Counted from the stretch's first letter, positions 46,664 to 56,658 are shown. The stretch is 64,000 bases of DNA from an uncultured Candidatus Saccharibacteria bacterium (GCA_964383705.1 CAYLHJ010000001.1:37659-101658); one strand, 5' to 3'. A program made the numbers and translations. The notes: a model not told the origin generated them from the letters alone.

Positions 46664-47317
46664 GTGGCATTATGCTATCATAAAAATCTTAAGACGCAAG
46701 GATTTATGGAATCTTTAGATTTTATCTTCAGCATCATCATACTTATCATGTCCGTGGTTATCCATGAAGTTTCTCATGGATACGCAGCGTATTTTCAGGG
46801 AGACAAGACTGCCGAATATCAAGGTCGTCTGACTTTAAATCCCATAAAGCACCTTGATCCCGTCGGCTCTCTCCTTGTGCCTCTCATTTCATACAATATA
46901 GGTGGATTTATAATTGGCTGGGCAAAACCGGTTCCGTATAATCCTTATAATTTGGTTAATAAAAAGTGGGGAGAGGCGCTTGTTGCAGTAGCAGGTCCAG
47001 TTTCTAACTTAGTAATAGCTCTATTTTTCGGTCTTATTTTGAGATTTTTTGCTTTTCTTTTTCCTGCGTCTTTCATCAGTATTTGTGTTTTAGTAGTCTA
47101 TATAAACATATTATTAGCCATTTTTAACCTTATGCCTGTTCCGCCTCTCGATGGCTCAAAGATTCTATTTGCTTTTTTGCCAGTTTATTCAAAAGCTAGA
47201 GCTTTTCTAGAGCAAAATGGCCTTATTCTCACCCTTCTTGTAATTTTCTTCTTTTGGCAATATGTGAGCCCTCTTATTGGTATTATATTTAGCTTAATTA
47301 CAGGCATCTCTCTTTAA
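46664..47317 (+). CDS. M50-family (site-2-protease-like) membrane zinc metalloprotease
   Basis: VIHEVSHG HExxH in a TM helix, then [16 protein letters not shown]. True start may be MESLDF at 46706. Confidence 0.7.
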   Translation: MALCYHKNLKTQGFMESLDFIFSIIILIMSVVIHEVSHGYAAYFQGDKTAEYQGRLTLNPIKHLDPVGSLLVPLISYNIGGFIIGWAKPVPYNPYNLVNKKWGEALVAVAGPVSNLVIALFFGLILRFFAFLFPASFISICVLVVYINILLAIFNLMPVPPLDGSKILFAFLPVYSKARAFLEQNGLILTLLVIFFFWQYVSPLIGIIFSLITGISL

Positions 47318-47388
47318 GTCTCTCTTGCAAAATATCAAGGCCTGTATTAAAGTATCTCCTACTTGCTTGGTTCAAGCATTTTTTAATT

Positions 47389-47802
47389 ATGGCGACCATA
47401 AATCAGCTAGTAAAAAGAAAAAGGAAGGTCCTTCACCGAAAGTCAAAATCGGTGGCTCTTACTCGTGGATTTAACACTATTAAAAATCGTCCAGTTCCAT
47501 TTTTCTCTCCTTTTAAGCGCGGCGTTTGCACTAAAGTTACTACTAAAACCCCAAAGAAACCAAACTCGGCTATTAGAAAGATTGCTCGTGTTCGTCTTAC
47601 TAATGGCATGGAGGTAACGGCATATATTCCAGGTATGGGCCACAACCTACAGGAGCACTCAGTTGTCGTGCTTAAGGGTGGCCGTGTAAAGGATGTTGGA
47701 CTTCGATATTCAATAGTGCGTGGCGTGCTTGATGCTGGAGGGGTTGAGAGCCGAAGAAAAGGACGAAGCCAATACGGAACAAAGTTACCAAAGAAACAGT
47801 AA
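47389..47802 (+). CDS. rpsL: 30S ribosomal protein S12
   Basis: [48 protein letters not shown]. Confidence 0.95.
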   Translation: MATINQLVKRKRKVLHRKSKSVALTRGFNTIKNRPVPFFSPFKRGVCTKVTTKTPKKPNSAIRKIARVRLTNGMEVTAYIPGMGHNLQEHSVVVLKGGRVKDVGLRYSIVRGVLDAGGVESRRKGRSQYGTKLPKKQ

Positions 47803-47806
47803 TCCT

Positions 47807-48274
47807 ATGCGAAGAAAAGTCAGCAATAGAAATATAGTTACTCCTGATTCTACTTACGAATCTATAAAAGTTGGAAAACTCATTAATTATGTGATGGATC
47901 ACGGCAAGAAAAATACTGCTCGCTCTATTGTCTATGATGCATTTGAGATTATAAAAGAGAAAACAAAAACCGACCCTATCGAAGTATTTGATACAGCTCT
48001 TAAAAACACTGGCCCGACTATGGAAGTTCGTTCTCGCCGAGTGGGAGGTGCAAACTATCAGATTCCTCGCGAGGTTCGACCAGAGCGTCGCCTTTATCTT
48101 TCTTTAAAATGGCTTATTGATTCTGCTCGAGCAAAAAAGGGTATGCCAATGCATATGAAACTTGCCGATGAAATTATCTTAGCTTCAAAAAATGAAGGTG
48201 AAGCGGTAAAGAAGCGAGAAAATACTCACAAAATGGCAGAAGCAAACAAAGCATTCGCGCATTTCGCTTGGTAA
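47807..48274 (+). CDS. rpsG: 30S ribosomal protein S7
   Basis: Start at MRRKVSNRN; KKNTARSIVYDAFEII...VRSRRVGGANYQIP. Confidence 0.9.
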   Translation: MRRKVSNRNIVTPDSTYESIKVGKLINYVMDHGKKNTARSIVYDAFEIIKEKTKTDPIEVFDTALKNTGPTMEVRSRRVGGANYQIPREVRPERRLYLSLKWLIDSARAKKGMPMHMKLADEIILASKNEGEAVKKRENTHKMAEANKAFAHFAW

Positions 48275-48312
48275 TTCATTACATCAATACAAAGTTCAAT
48301 TACATATAATTT

Positions 48313-50466
48313 ATGGAAAGAGATTATCCGCTAGAGAGAGTTAGAAATTTTGGAATTATTGCTCACATTGATGCTGGGAAAACTACTACTTCTGAGCGAG
48401 TACTTTATTACACTGGTTCTCAGCATAAAATTGGAGAAGTTCATGAGGGAGAAACCACCACTGACTGGATGGAGCAAGAGCGCGAGCGCGGCATTACTAT
48501 CACAGCAGCAGCTGTTACTTGTTTTTGGAGTCAGACATATCTACCAGTAGAAGAAAGAAAGAAAAAAGAGAATAAATATCGTTTTAATATTATTGACACT
48601 CCGGGTCATATTGATTTTACTGTTGAAGTAAAGCGCTCTCTTCGTGTTCTTGACGGTGCTGTTGTCGTTTTTGATGGTGTTGCCGGTGTTGAACCACAAT
48701 CTGAGACGAACTGGCGTTATGCAGAAGATGCTAATGTGCCAAGAATCTGTTTTATAAACAAACTTGATAGAACAGGAGCCTCTTTTGAACGGTCTTATAA
48801 ATCTATTCTTGATCGACTTTCAAAAAAAGCAGTCCGTATGCAAATTCCTGTCGGCGAAGAGGGAAATCACGAGGGAGTGGTTGATCTTTTGAAGATGAAA
48901 ATGTATGCCTTTGAAGGAGAAATGGGTAATCAGGTTGTTGAAAAGGAAATTCCAGAAAATTTAAAAGCAGATGCAGAAAAATATCGCCATGATTTGATTG
49001 AGCGCATTGTTGAAAACGATGAGTCTCTTATGAACGACTATCTTGAAGGGAAAGAAATCCCACTTGAAACTTTAAAGAAGGTTCTTCGCAAAGCAGTTAT
49101 CGAAAATAAAGTATTTCCAGTTTTCACTGGTTCGGCTTTGAAAAATAAGGGGGTTCAGCTTGTTCTTGATTCTGTTGTCGATTATCTCCCATCACCGCTC
49201 GATATTCCTCCAGTAAAAGGTATTGATCCTCGCAATGGTGAAGAGGTTACTCGTCACGCATCAGACACAGAACCTTTTTCTGCTTTGGCATTTAAACTTC
49301 AAGCCGATCCGTTTGTAGGCCAACTTACATTCTTCCGCGTATACTCTGGAACGGTTGAATCGGGAACATATCTATACAACTCAACGACAGGGGAGAAAGA
49401 AAGACTCGGACGAATAGTGCGCTTGCAAGCAAATCAAAGAGAAGAAGTAAAAAAAGTTTTTGCTGGAGAAATTGCCGCTGCGGTAGGTCTTAAAAATGCA
49501 AAAACTTCTCATACATTTTCTGATGAGAATAGCCCAATCATTCTAGACCAGATTAAATTCCCAGAGCCGGTTATCTCACTTCGTATTGAACCCAAAACAA
49601 AAGCTGACCAAGAAAAAATGGGTATTGCGCTCAAGCGTCTTTCAGATGAAGACCCAACATTTAGAATTAAAAGTGATGCTGATACGGGAGAAACTGTCAT
49701 TATGGGTATGGGCGAACTTCACTTGGAAATCATTGTTGATAGGATGAAACGCGAATTTAGCGTGGAAGCAAATGTCGGCAAACCTCAGGTTGCATACAAA
49801 GAAACTATTACAGGAACTGCAGAAGTGGAAAATAAATATATCAAGCAATCAGGAGGAAAAGGCCAGTATGGTCATGTGAAAATAAATATCAAACCACTTC
49901 CTCAGTATGATCCAGAAGAAAAAGTTCCAAAGAATGCTACTCGAGAGCCAGGATTTGAATTCATTGATTCAATTAAGGGTGGAGTTATTCCTCAAGAGTT
50001 TATTCCTGCGGTTGAAAAAGGAATTCGTGAGGGAATGGAGCGTGGTGTCGTAGCCGGATTTAAGATGACGGATATTTCAGTCGAATTAACTTATGGTTCT
50101 TATCACGATGTGGACTCATCTGAAATTGCATACAAAATTGCGGCATCGCAAGCATTTCAAGAAGCTGCTCGTAAAGCAAAGCCGGTTATTCTAGAGCCGA
50201 TTATGAAAGTGGAAGTTGTTGTCCCAGAGAAATTTATGGGCGATATTACTGGAAACCTCTCTTCAAAGCGTGGCCAAGTGGAAGGTATGGAAGATAGAGG
50301 AGAGCTTAAGGTTATCAAAGCCAAAGTTCCTCTTTCAGAAATGTTTGGTTATGTTACGAACCTACGGTCTATGACAGAGGGAAGAGGAAGCTCAACGATG
50401 GAGTTTGACCACTATGCTATAGTGCCTCAAAATGTCGCTACTTCTATCATCGAAGCAAGACAGTAA
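48313..50466 (+). CDS. fusA: Elongation factor G
   Basis: RNFGIIAHIDAGKTTTSERVLYYTG G-domain and the full five-domain length. Confidence 0.95.
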   Translation: MERDYPLERVRNFGIIAHIDAGKTTTSERVLYYTGSQHKIGEVHEGETTTDWMEQERERGITITAAAVTCFWSQTYLPVEERKKKENKYRFNIIDTPGHIDFTVEVKRSLRVLDGAVVVFDGVAGVEPQSETNWRYAEDANVPRICFINKLDRTGASFERSYKSILDRLSKKAVRMQIPVGEEGNHEGVVDLLKMKMYAFEGEMGNQVVEKEIPENLKADAEKYRHDLIERIVENDESLMNDYLEGKEIPLETLKKVLRKAVIENKVFPVFTGSALKNKGVQLVLDSVVDYLPSPLDIPPVKGIDPRNGEEVTRHASDTEPFSALAFKLQADPFVGQLTFFRVYSGTVESGTYLYNSTTGEKERLGRIVRLQANQREEVKKVFAGEIAAAVGLKNAKTSHTFSDENSPIILDQIKFPEPVISLRIEPKTKADQEKMGIALKRLSDEDPTFRIKSDADTGETVIMGMGELHLEIIVDRMKREFSVEANVGKPQVAYKETITGTAEVENKYIKQSGGKGQYGHVKINIKPLPQYDPEEKVPKNATREPGFEFIDSIKGGVIPQEFIPAVEKGIREGMERGVVAGFKMTDISVELTYGSYHDVDSSEIAYKIAASQAFQEAARKAKPVILEPIMKVEVVVPEKFMGDITGNLSSKRGQVEGMEDRGELKVIKAKVPLSEMFGYVTNLRSMTEGRGSSTMEFDHYAIVPQNVATSIIEARQ

Positions 50467-50493
50467 TTTTCTCTAAGGTTTGTTAAATAATAT

Positions 50494-50520
50494 CAAAAAC
50501 CCCTCAGTCGAGGGGTTTTT
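50494..50520 (+). terminator. fusA intrinsic terminator
   Basis: aaaaacccctc agtc gaggggtttttg. Confidence 0.6.
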
Positions 50521-50526
50521 GATATA

Positions 50527-50556
50527 TTGACTATTTGGTTATATTTGTGTTATGAT
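50527..50556 (+). promoter_or_regulatory. Cassette A promoter TTGACT-18-TATGAT
   Basis: Begins immediately at the terminator tail. Confidence 0.35.
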
Positions 50557-50601
50557 TAAGTTAGATTCGGTTAAGTCCACAGGCCTTTTCAGGAGAGAAA
50601 A

Positions 50602-50985
50602 ATGAATCGTCAATGGATTCGTGCATTATCCGTACTTTTTGTGCTTCTCCTATGCTACTTGTTTCTTAACTGGGCAGTCGGAGGAAAGTGTTCGGAGTTT
50701 CAGAGAGGGCCATCATCCCAAATTGAAGCCGATTCTTTCGGAACTTGGGGTGAGGACCTCGGGGTGATGAGGGGGCAATTCTTTTTGTTGAATGACAGCA
50801 CCCTTGCCATGGTGCTGGAAGAAGTGGTGGCAAAGGGGCAACCATATAAGATCGAAGGTATCCTTTGCGTTGAGTGTCCGCGTCAGGACCTAGGGTTAAT
50901 CCTTATGGGTGATATCGCCAAGTTCATTTACCCAGGGGACAGTGACTACAATCATTACGCCGCTAAGTTTCTCCTGCAGAAATAG
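50602..50985 (+). CDS. Cassette paralog A: small signal-anchored protein with CxxC and conserved C-terminal tail DSDYNHYAAKFLLQK (higher GC)
   Basis: N-terminal RALSVLFVLLLCYLFLNWAVG TM, 127 aa, GGAG RBS. C-terminal tail shared with the two downstream ORFs. Confidence 0.6.
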   Translation: MNRQWIRALSVLFVLLLCYLFLNWAVGGKCSEFQRGPSSQIEADSFGTWGEDLGVMRGQFFLLNDSTLAMVLEEVVAKGQPYKIEGILCVECPRQDLGLILMGDIAKFIYPGDSDYNHYAAKFLLQK

Positions 50986-50988
50986 CTT

Positions 50989-51026
50989 CCCCACGAAAAC
51001 CTCACGGTGTTTCGTGGGGTTTTTGT
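50989..51026 (+). terminator. Cassette terminator copy 1
   Basis: ccccacgaaaac ctcacggt gtttcgtgggg ttttt; near-identical to copy 2. Confidence 0.6.
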
Positions 51027-51080
51027 TTGATGTATTTTAATTTATGGCGAGTTCCAAAGGTCAGGATACTTTACGATTAT

Positions 51081-51109
51081 TTGACAAAGCTATAGTTAAT
51101 TGTCATAAT
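51081..51109 (+). promoter_or_regulatory. Cassette B promoter TTGACA-17-CATAAT
   Basis: Consensus -35 with 17-nt spacing. Confidence 0.4.
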
Positions 51110-51157
51110 GCTGATCAGAGTGGCAAAACCACACACAGACCTTTTCAGGGGAGAATA

Positions 51158-51508
51158 ATGCCCAGTCCTTCTCGCAGGTTTCCCAGACTCCTGGATTATT
51201 TTGTCATGGGGGCTCTTTTGATTGCGCTGCTGGCTGCGGTAATTTTCGGACGGGGCCCCGAAAAGAGACATATTCCGGTGAAGACGGTGGTGGATAAGCT
51301 TCAGCTTCTCGGGGGTGGAGAGATCATCAATACCGGTGAACGGCTCTATTTCACCACGCAGGATGGCCAGAGCATGGTTGCCTGCATCAAATGTGAGGAG
51401 ATCTCAGTCTACTGGCTTAAGTCTCCACGCTTCGAGACGATCGAAGTTGTTAACCCCTTCGACTCAAGCTACGAGCACTACGCAGCCAAGTTTCTCCTGC
51501 AGAGATAA
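51158..51508 (+). CDS. Cassette paralog B: small signal-anchored protein with CxxC and C-terminal tail DSSYEHYAAKFLLQR (higher GC)
   Basis: Start MPSPSRRFPRLLDYFVMGALLIALLAAVIF after GGGGAG RBS (the provided ORF 51044.. is a 5' in-frame extension). 116 aa. Confidence 0.6.
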   Translation: MPSPSRRFPRLLDYFVMGALLIALLAAVIFGRGPEKRHIPVKTVVDKLQLLGGGEIINTGERLYFTTQDGQSMVACIKCEEISVYWLKSPRFETIEVVNPFDSSYEHYAAKFLLQR

Positions 51509-51511
51509 CTT

Positions 51512-51548
51512 CCCCACGAAAACCCCACAGTGTTTCGTGGGGTTTTTG
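51512..51548 (+). terminator. Cassette terminator copy 2
   Basis: ccccacgaaaac cccacagt gtttcgtgggg ttttt. Confidence 0.6.
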
Positions 51549-51549
51549 T

Positions 51550-51577
51550 TTGACATTTTTATTTTTGATGATATAGT
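51550..51577 (+). promoter_or_regulatory. Cassette C promoter TTGACA-16-TATAGT
   Basis: The -35 overlaps the terminator tail exactly as in cassette B. Confidence 0.35.
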
Positions 51578-51617
51578 TTATTTGGATTCGGAACAATCAC
51601 ATTCTCGGAGAATAACA

Positions 51618-52007
51618 ATGTTTGAATACATTCGGCGTCATCGGATAGGATTCTGGGCCACAATGTACGTGATCATGTTTTACTCGGTCTTTTATGGCTG
51701 GTTCTACCTGGATGACAAGAAGTTCCAGGAGAGTCTAACCTCTGCCGACCGTGAACACATCGTCTCTATCCGTGAGAGAGCCCAAACTCTTGAAGGAGGA
51801 GAGTTTCTTCTCATGCGCGATGGTTCGGTGAAGCAGGTTGTTCCTCCAGGACACTCCTCTGGCGACATACCTACCAGATCTTCACAGGGGACTGATCGCT
51901 GGTTACTTAACAACGACAGGTTTATCTGGAGTATTGTAAAGATCGTCACCCCCGATGATTCTGTCGAATACAGTGACCTGGGCCGGAAGTTCGTTCTCCA
52001 GAAGTGA
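51618..52007 (+). CDS. Cassette paralog C: small signal-anchored protein with C-terminal tail DDSVEYSDLGRKFVLQK (higher GC)
   Basis: Start MFEYIRRHRIGFWATMYVIMFYSVFYGWF. 129 aa. The provided ORF 51315..52007 is an out-of-context extension overlapping paralog B. Confidence 0.55.
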   Translation: MFEYIRRHRIGFWATMYVIMFYSVFYGWFYLDDKKFQESLTSADREHIVSIRERAQTLEGGEFLLMRDGSVKQVVPPGHSSGDIPTRSSQGTDRWLLNNDRFIWSIVKIVTPDDSVEYSDLGRKFVLQK

Positions 52008-52025
52008 TTGGATTGATGAATGATA

Positions 52026-52067
52026 GCCCCCATTTCTTGCAAGACTCAAGAAACGGGGGCTTTTTTC
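52026..52067 (+). terminator. Terminator of cassette C
   Basis: gcccccatttcttg caagact caagaaacgggggc tttttt. Confidence 0.6.
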
Positions 52068-52098
52068 TTGACTATTCAAACTCTTTTGTTATTATAAT
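52068..52098 (+). promoter_or_regulatory. tuf promoter TTGACT-(17-19)-TATAAT, same terminator-abutting layout as the cassettes
   Basis: ttttttcTTGACTattcaaactcttttgttatTATAATgc. Confidence 0.4.
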
Positions 52099-52224
52099 GC
52101 TCACGCTTTTTGCGCCTTTTTCTTTTGGTTCGCAAAAAAGTTAAGCATTATTAATCATTTTAGTTGTGTGAGTTTGCCAAACTCTCGCGCGGCGGCCCCA
52201 CACAAGTAAACAATTTATAAAATT

Positions 52225-53415
52225 ATGGCAAATTTTGACCGTTCAAAGCCTCACGTCAACGTTGGAACCATTGGTCACGTTGACCACGGCAAAACAACTC
52301 TTACGGCTGCTATCCTAAACGTGCTAAATCGCGCGGGAAAGACAGCAACAATTAAGGGGGTTGATCAGATTGACAAAGCTCCTGAGGAAAAAGCTCGTGG
52401 TATTACGATTTCTCTATCACACAATGAGTATGAGACAGATGCGCGACACTATGCGCACATTGATGCTCCTGGTCACGCTGACTACATCAAGAACATGATT
52501 ACGGGTGCCGCTCAAATGGACGGCGCCATCTTGGTTGTTGCTGCAACAGACGGTGTGATGCCTCAAACAAGAGAGCACGTATTGCTTGCAAAGCAGGTTG
52601 GTGTTCCAAAAATTATTGTTTTCCTAAACAAGGTAGATATGGTTCCAGATAAGGAGCTTATTGATCTTGTTGAAGAAGAGGTTCGTGAGCTTTTGACAAA
52701 ACAAGGTTTTGACGGGGCTGGCGCACCAGTTATTCGTGGTTCAGGTCTTAAGGCCTTGGAAGCATCAGGAATTGATGATGAATGGTCAAAGGCAGTTCTT
52801 GCTTTGGCTGATGCCTTAGATACATACATTCCTGTTCCAGTTCGAGAAATTGATAAGCCATTTCTCATGCCAGTTGAAGACATCTTCTCAATTGAAGGCC
52901 GAGGAACTGTTGTTACTGGAAGAATAGAGAGAGGACAAATAAAAGTTGGTGAAGAAGTTGAAGTTGTTGGTCTTAAACCAACAGCAAAGACTGTTGTCAC
53001 TGGAATTGAAATGTTTAACAAGTCTCTTGACTCAGGTATGGCTGGAGACAATGCCGGAATTCTTGTTCGAGGATTAAAGAAGGAAGATATCACTCGTGGA
53101 CAAGTTCTTGCAAAGCCAGGATCAGTTAACCCTCATACAGATTTTGAAGCGGAAGTTTATATCCTTAAAAAGGAAGAAGGAGGACGACACACCCCATTTT
53201 TCACAGGGTACAAGCCACAATTCTATATCCGAACGACTGATGTTACGGGGGAAGTTACTCTTGCAGAGAAAGTAGAAATGGTTATGCCTGGAGACACTGT
53301 TACATTTAAAGTAAAACTCGTTGCTCCGGTAGCCCTTGAAGATCAGATGCGCTTCGCTATTCGAGAAGGAGGAAAGACTGTTGGAGCTGGTGTTGTAACT
53401 AAGATTAACGCCTAA
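52225..53415 (+). CDS. tuf: Elongation factor Tu
   Basis: [21 protein letters not shown]; full length 396 aa. Confidence 0.95.
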   Translation: MANFDRSKPHVNVGTIGHVDHGKTTLTAAILNVLNRAGKTATIKGVDQIDKAPEEKARGITISLSHNEYETDARHYAHIDAPGHADYIKNMITGAAQMDGAILVVAATDGVMPQTREHVLLAKQVGVPKIIVFLNKVDMVPDKELIDLVEEEVRELLTKQGFDGAGAPVIRGSGLKALEASGIDDEWSKAVLALADALDTYIPVPVREIDKPFLMPVEDIFSIEGRGTVVTGRIERGQIKVGEEVEVVGLKPTAKTVVTGIEMFNKSLDSGMAGDNAGILVRGLKKEDITRGQVLAKPGSVNPHTDFEAEVYILKKEEGGRHTPFFTGYKPQFYIRTTDVTGEVTLAEKVEMVMPGDTVTFKVKLVAPVALEDQMRFAIREGGKTVGAGVVTKINA

Positions 53416-53448
53416 CAAAAAAGTTTTTACTTTTTAGCAAAAATTAGA

Positions 53449-53832
53449 ATGGCAACGAAAGCGACAACTAAAAAAACTCCAAAGACGGCAAAAGCTCCTT
53501 CAAAAGTTAGTCAGAAAGAGGGTGGAATATCTAAGCTTCGAATCAGAGTGCGAGCCTATGAGTATAAGATACTTGATGTATCAGTAAAACAAATTATAGA
53601 CACGGCGCTTAGATACGATGCGGAAGTCTTAGGTCCAATACCGCTTCCTACAGAGATAAAAAAATATACAGTTAATCGTGCTTCCTTTGTTTTCAAAAAT
53701 GCGCGAGAACAATTTGAAATGAGGATTCACAAGAGGTTAATTGATATTATAAATCCAACTCCGAAGCTTATTGAGTCGCTTACCAATCTCTCACTTCCAT
53801 CTGGAGTCAATATAGACGTAAAGATAATGTAG
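53449..53832 (+). CDS. rpsJ: 30S ribosomal protein S10 with roughly 25 aa Lys/Thr/Ala-rich N-terminal extension
   Basis: [13 protein letters not shown]...GPIPLPT...[17 protein letters not shown]. Confidence 0.9.
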   Translation: MATKATTKKTPKTAKAPSKVSQKEGGISKLRIRVRAYEYKILDVSVKQIIDTALRYDAEVLGPIPLPTEIKKYTVNRASFVFKNAREQFEMRIHKRLIDIINPTPKLIESLTNLSLPSGVNIDVKIM

Positions 53833-53860
53833 TGTTGGCTATCGGTGTTTAGGTAATACA

Positions 53861-53892
53861 GATAAAGTTGCCCGGAGACGGGCAACTTTATC
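53861..53892 (+). promoter_or_regulatory. Perfect 14-bp stem with GAGA tetraloop between rpsJ and rplC
   Basis: gataaagttgcccg gaga cgggcaactttatc. Confidence 0.4.
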
Positions 53893-53971
53893 TCAAAGAA
53901 AGTGGTTCGATTGTTTCTAGACAATGAGCAAAAAATCAGTAGTATTGGTTTCCGATCGGAACCTGGCTTCA

Positions 53972-54583
53972 ATGAAATTCATTCTCGGCAAAAAAGAAAA
54001 TATGACTCAGGTCTTCACAGAAGAAGGCAAGCTTATTCCTGTTACGAAACTTTCCGTTGGCCCCGTTGTTGTTACCCAGGTGAAAGACTTACAAAGAGAT
54101 GGATATAAGTCTGTCCAGATTGGATATGGTGCTAAAAAAGAAAAAAGAGTAAATAAGGCACTAAAGGGTCATTTTAAAAACCTCGGCCTTTTTTCTTATC
54201 TCAAAGAATTTCCAGTTGATGATAAAGACTCTTTTTCGGTGGGCGACACCATTAATGTTTCATCTTTTGCTCCAGGAGACTCCATTGTTATTTCTGGTAT
54301 ATCAAAAGGAAAAGGATTTCAAAGTGTCATCAAGCGACACGGATTTAAAGGTGGACCTAGAAGCCATGGACAGAAACATTCAGAGCGAGAACCGGGTTCT
54401 ATTGGAGGAGGTCTTCGTAACAAAGTCCCAAAGGGCATGAGAATGGCAGGCCGAACAGGTAATGACAGAGTCACTTTGAAAAGTTCGAAAGTCATTGCGG
54501 TTAATCCAGAAACAAATGAAATTCTGGTTTCAGGGCCAATTCCTGGACGACGGGGCACGATAATTGAAATTAGCGCTAAGTAA
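53972..54583 (+). CDS. rplC: 50S ribosomal protein L3
   Basis: MKFILGKKENMTQVFTEEGKLIPVT...; an alternative upstream start at 53924 would add 16 aa. Confidence 0.85.
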   Translation: MKFILGKKENMTQVFTEEGKLIPVTKLSVGPVVVTQVKDLQRDGYKSVQIGYGAKKEKRVNKALKGHFKNLGLFSYLKEFPVDDKDSFSVGDTINVSSFAPGDSIVISGISKGKGFQSVIKRHGFKGGPRSHGQKHSEREPGSIGGGLRNKVPKGMRMAGRTGNDRVTLKSSKVIAVNPETNEILVSGPIPGRRGTIIEISAK

Positions 54584-54584
54584 T

Positions 54585-55346
54585 ATGGATACTAATCTTT
54601 ACAGCCAAGATGGAAAATCATTAGGGAAGTTAACGCTACCTTCTAGGATTTTTTCTTTGCCATGGAATGCTGATTTGGTTCACCAGGTGGTTGTTTCAAT
54701 GCAATCAAGCGCTCGCAATTCTATTGCTCATACAAAAACTCGCGGAGAAGTTCGTGGTGGAGGTAAAAAGCCATGGAAACAGAAAGGAACTGGTCGTGCT
54801 CGACATGGTTCTACTCGTTCTCCAATTTGGGTTGGTGGAGGTGTAACTCACGGACCTCGTAGTGATAAGAATTATGATAAAAAAGTGAATCGAAAGATGA
54901 AAACAAAAGCGCTTTTCACCATTCTTTCTAAGAAATATAAAGATGGGGAAATAACCTTCATTGATGATTTAACTCTTAAAGAGCCTAAGACCAAGGAAGC
55001 GCTAGCTTCTTTGAAGGGTTTTTCTAATATTCCAGCACTTAAGACTGCGATTGCAAAAAAATCGAATGCTCTTTTTATCGCAGTTCCAGAAAAAAAAGAT
55101 TTTGTATCGAGAGGATTCAATAATATTGGAAATGTGTCTCTTGAAGAGACCAGAAATATAAATCCTGTTTCAATTCTTTCCTATAAGCATTTAGTCTTTA
55201 TTTATCCAGAAGAGACTTTTAGGATTTTAGAATCAAAATTAGGTGGCGATAGTGAAGTAAAAGATAAACCAACAAAACCCGCTAGAGAAAAGAAAGTGAA
55301 AAAAGAAATGGTTAAGGTTAAGAAAATCGCAAAGGCAAAGAAATAA
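54585..55346 (+). CDS. rplD: 50S ribosomal protein L4 with Lys-rich C-terminal extension
   Basis: GGGKKPWKQKGTGRARHGSTRSPIWVGGGVTHGP. Confidence 0.9.
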   Translation: MDTNLYSQDGKSLGKLTLPSRIFSLPWNADLVHQVVVSMQSSARNSIAHTKTRGEVRGGGKKPWKQKGTGRARHGSTRSPIWVGGGVTHGPRSDKNYDKKVNRKMKTKALFTILSKKYKDGEITFIDDLTLKEPKTKEALASLKGFSNIPALKTAIAKKSNALFIAVPEKKDFVSRGFNNIGNVSLEETRNINPVSILSYKHLVFIYPEETFRILESKLGGDSEVKDKPTKPAREKKVKKEMVKVKKIAKAKK

Positions 55347-55352
55347 AATTTT

Positions 55353-55712
55353 ATGGCTCTTCTTTCACGAAAAAAGAAAACAGAAGAAAAAAATGATGGA
55401 GCATCAAAAGCTTTGTCATTAAGCGTAGCCAAATCAAGCAATGCGCATGTGCTTTTGCGCCCGAGAATAACGGAAAAAGCTAGTATGCAAGCAAGCGAGG
55501 GGAATGTTTATGTCTTTGAGGTTGATATGATGGCGACCAAAAAAGATGTAAAAAACGAGGTTGTGCGATTATACAAAGTTACTCCGTTAAAAGTGGCAGT
55601 GGTTCCTATAAAGAGGAAACAGGTTATTGTGCGAGGTAAGTATGGCCAAACTTCTGGTGGCAAAAAAGCTTATGTCTATTTGAAAAAGGGAGATAAGATT
55701 GAATTTATATAA
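55353..55712 (+). CDS. rplW: 50S ribosomal protein L23
   Basis: LLRPRITEKASMQASEGNVYVFEVDMMATKKDVKNEV. Confidence 0.9.
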   Translation: MALLSRKKKTEEKNDGASKALSLSVAKSSNAHVLLRPRITEKASMQASEGNVYVFEVDMMATKKDVKNEVVRLYKVTPLKVAVVPIKRKQVIVRGKYGQTSGGKKAYVYLKKGDKIEFI

Positions 55713-55714
55713 TT

Positions 55715-56557
55715 ATGAAAAAGTATAGACCAACAACTCCGTCTCGACGAGAGACCTCATCAATCCATTTTGCAAAGATCTTAACTGCAAAAAGTCCGGT
55801 AAAGTCTTTGACCTATGGTTTTCGTAGAGCTGTCGGAAGGAATCATCACGGCAGGGTTACTACGCGCCATAAAGGGGGAGGACATAAGAGACTTTATCGT
55901 CTCGTTGATTTTTCTTATAACAAACCAAATATTCCTTTTACTGTAAAAACCATTGAATACGACCCAAATCGATCAGGTTTTATCGGTCTTGCGCATTATG
56001 GAGATGGTGAGCGTCGATATGTTCTTCTTCCTAAAGGTGCAAAGGTGGGCGATTCATATATTGTTTCAGAAAATGCACCAGAAACTCCTGGGAATAGACT
56101 TCCACTTAAGAAAATTACTGTCGGGACATTTATTTATAATGTTGAAGTAAAACCAAAAGGTGGGGCAAAGCTTGGCCGTTCGGCTGGTAACTATATTGAG
56201 GTTGTCGCCAAAGACGGTGGATATGTTGATATCAAAATGCCTTCTACTGAGGTCAGGAAAGTTTCCGAGAATTGCTGGGCTACGATAGGCGAGGTTTCAA
56301 ATGACGAGAATAGGCTTGTTAATCTTGGAAAAGCGGGCAGAAGTCGTTGGCTAGGAATTAGACCAACGGTCCGTGGATCTGCTATGAACCCGGTTGATCA
56401 TCCATATGGAGGTGGAGAAGGTCGTGCTGGTCGGGGTACTAGAAGGGCAAAAAGCTTTACCGGTAAGCCTACTGGTAAGGGTCAAAAGTCTCGTCGAGCA
56501 AAGAAATACTCAAATAAGTTCATAGTCAGGAGAAGAAAGGTTGGAAAAGCCAAGTAA
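55715..56557 (+). CDS. rplB: 50S ribosomal protein L2
   Basis: GRNHHGRVTTRHKGGGHKRLYRLVDF...MNPVDHPYGGGEGR. Confidence 0.95.
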   Translation: MKKYRPTTPSRRETSSIHFAKILTAKSPVKSLTYGFRRAVGRNHHGRVTTRHKGGGHKRLYRLVDFSYNKPNIPFTVKTIEYDPNRSGFIGLAHYGDGERRYVLLPKGAKVGDSYIVSENAPETPGNRLPLKKITVGTFIYNVEVKPKGGAKLGRSAGNYIEVVAKDGGYVDIKMPSTEVRKVSENCWATIGEVSNDENRLVNLGKAGRSRWLGIRPTVRGSAMNPVDHPYGGGEGRAGRGTRRAKSFTGKPTGKGQKSRRAKKYSNKFIVRRRKVGKAK

Positions 56558-56658
56558 TTTCCTTTTTCACCATATTCTTCAAGGTAATATTTGACAGTGG
56601 TGAGCTCTTTCTATAGTATACTTTGCAAGCTCTTCTCAGAGCTTCTTTCATTTAAGTT

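Noticed and set aside
51044-51157. 5' extension of cassette B ORF (provided start 51044) and provided ORF 51315..52007 (230 aa), plus minus-strand ORF 51704..52042
   Set aside because: The extensions run through the upstream terminator/promoter and lack an RBS. The RBS-preceded internal starts (51158, 51618) give three homologous proteins of similar size and architecture. The minus-strand ORF overlaps paralog C without support.
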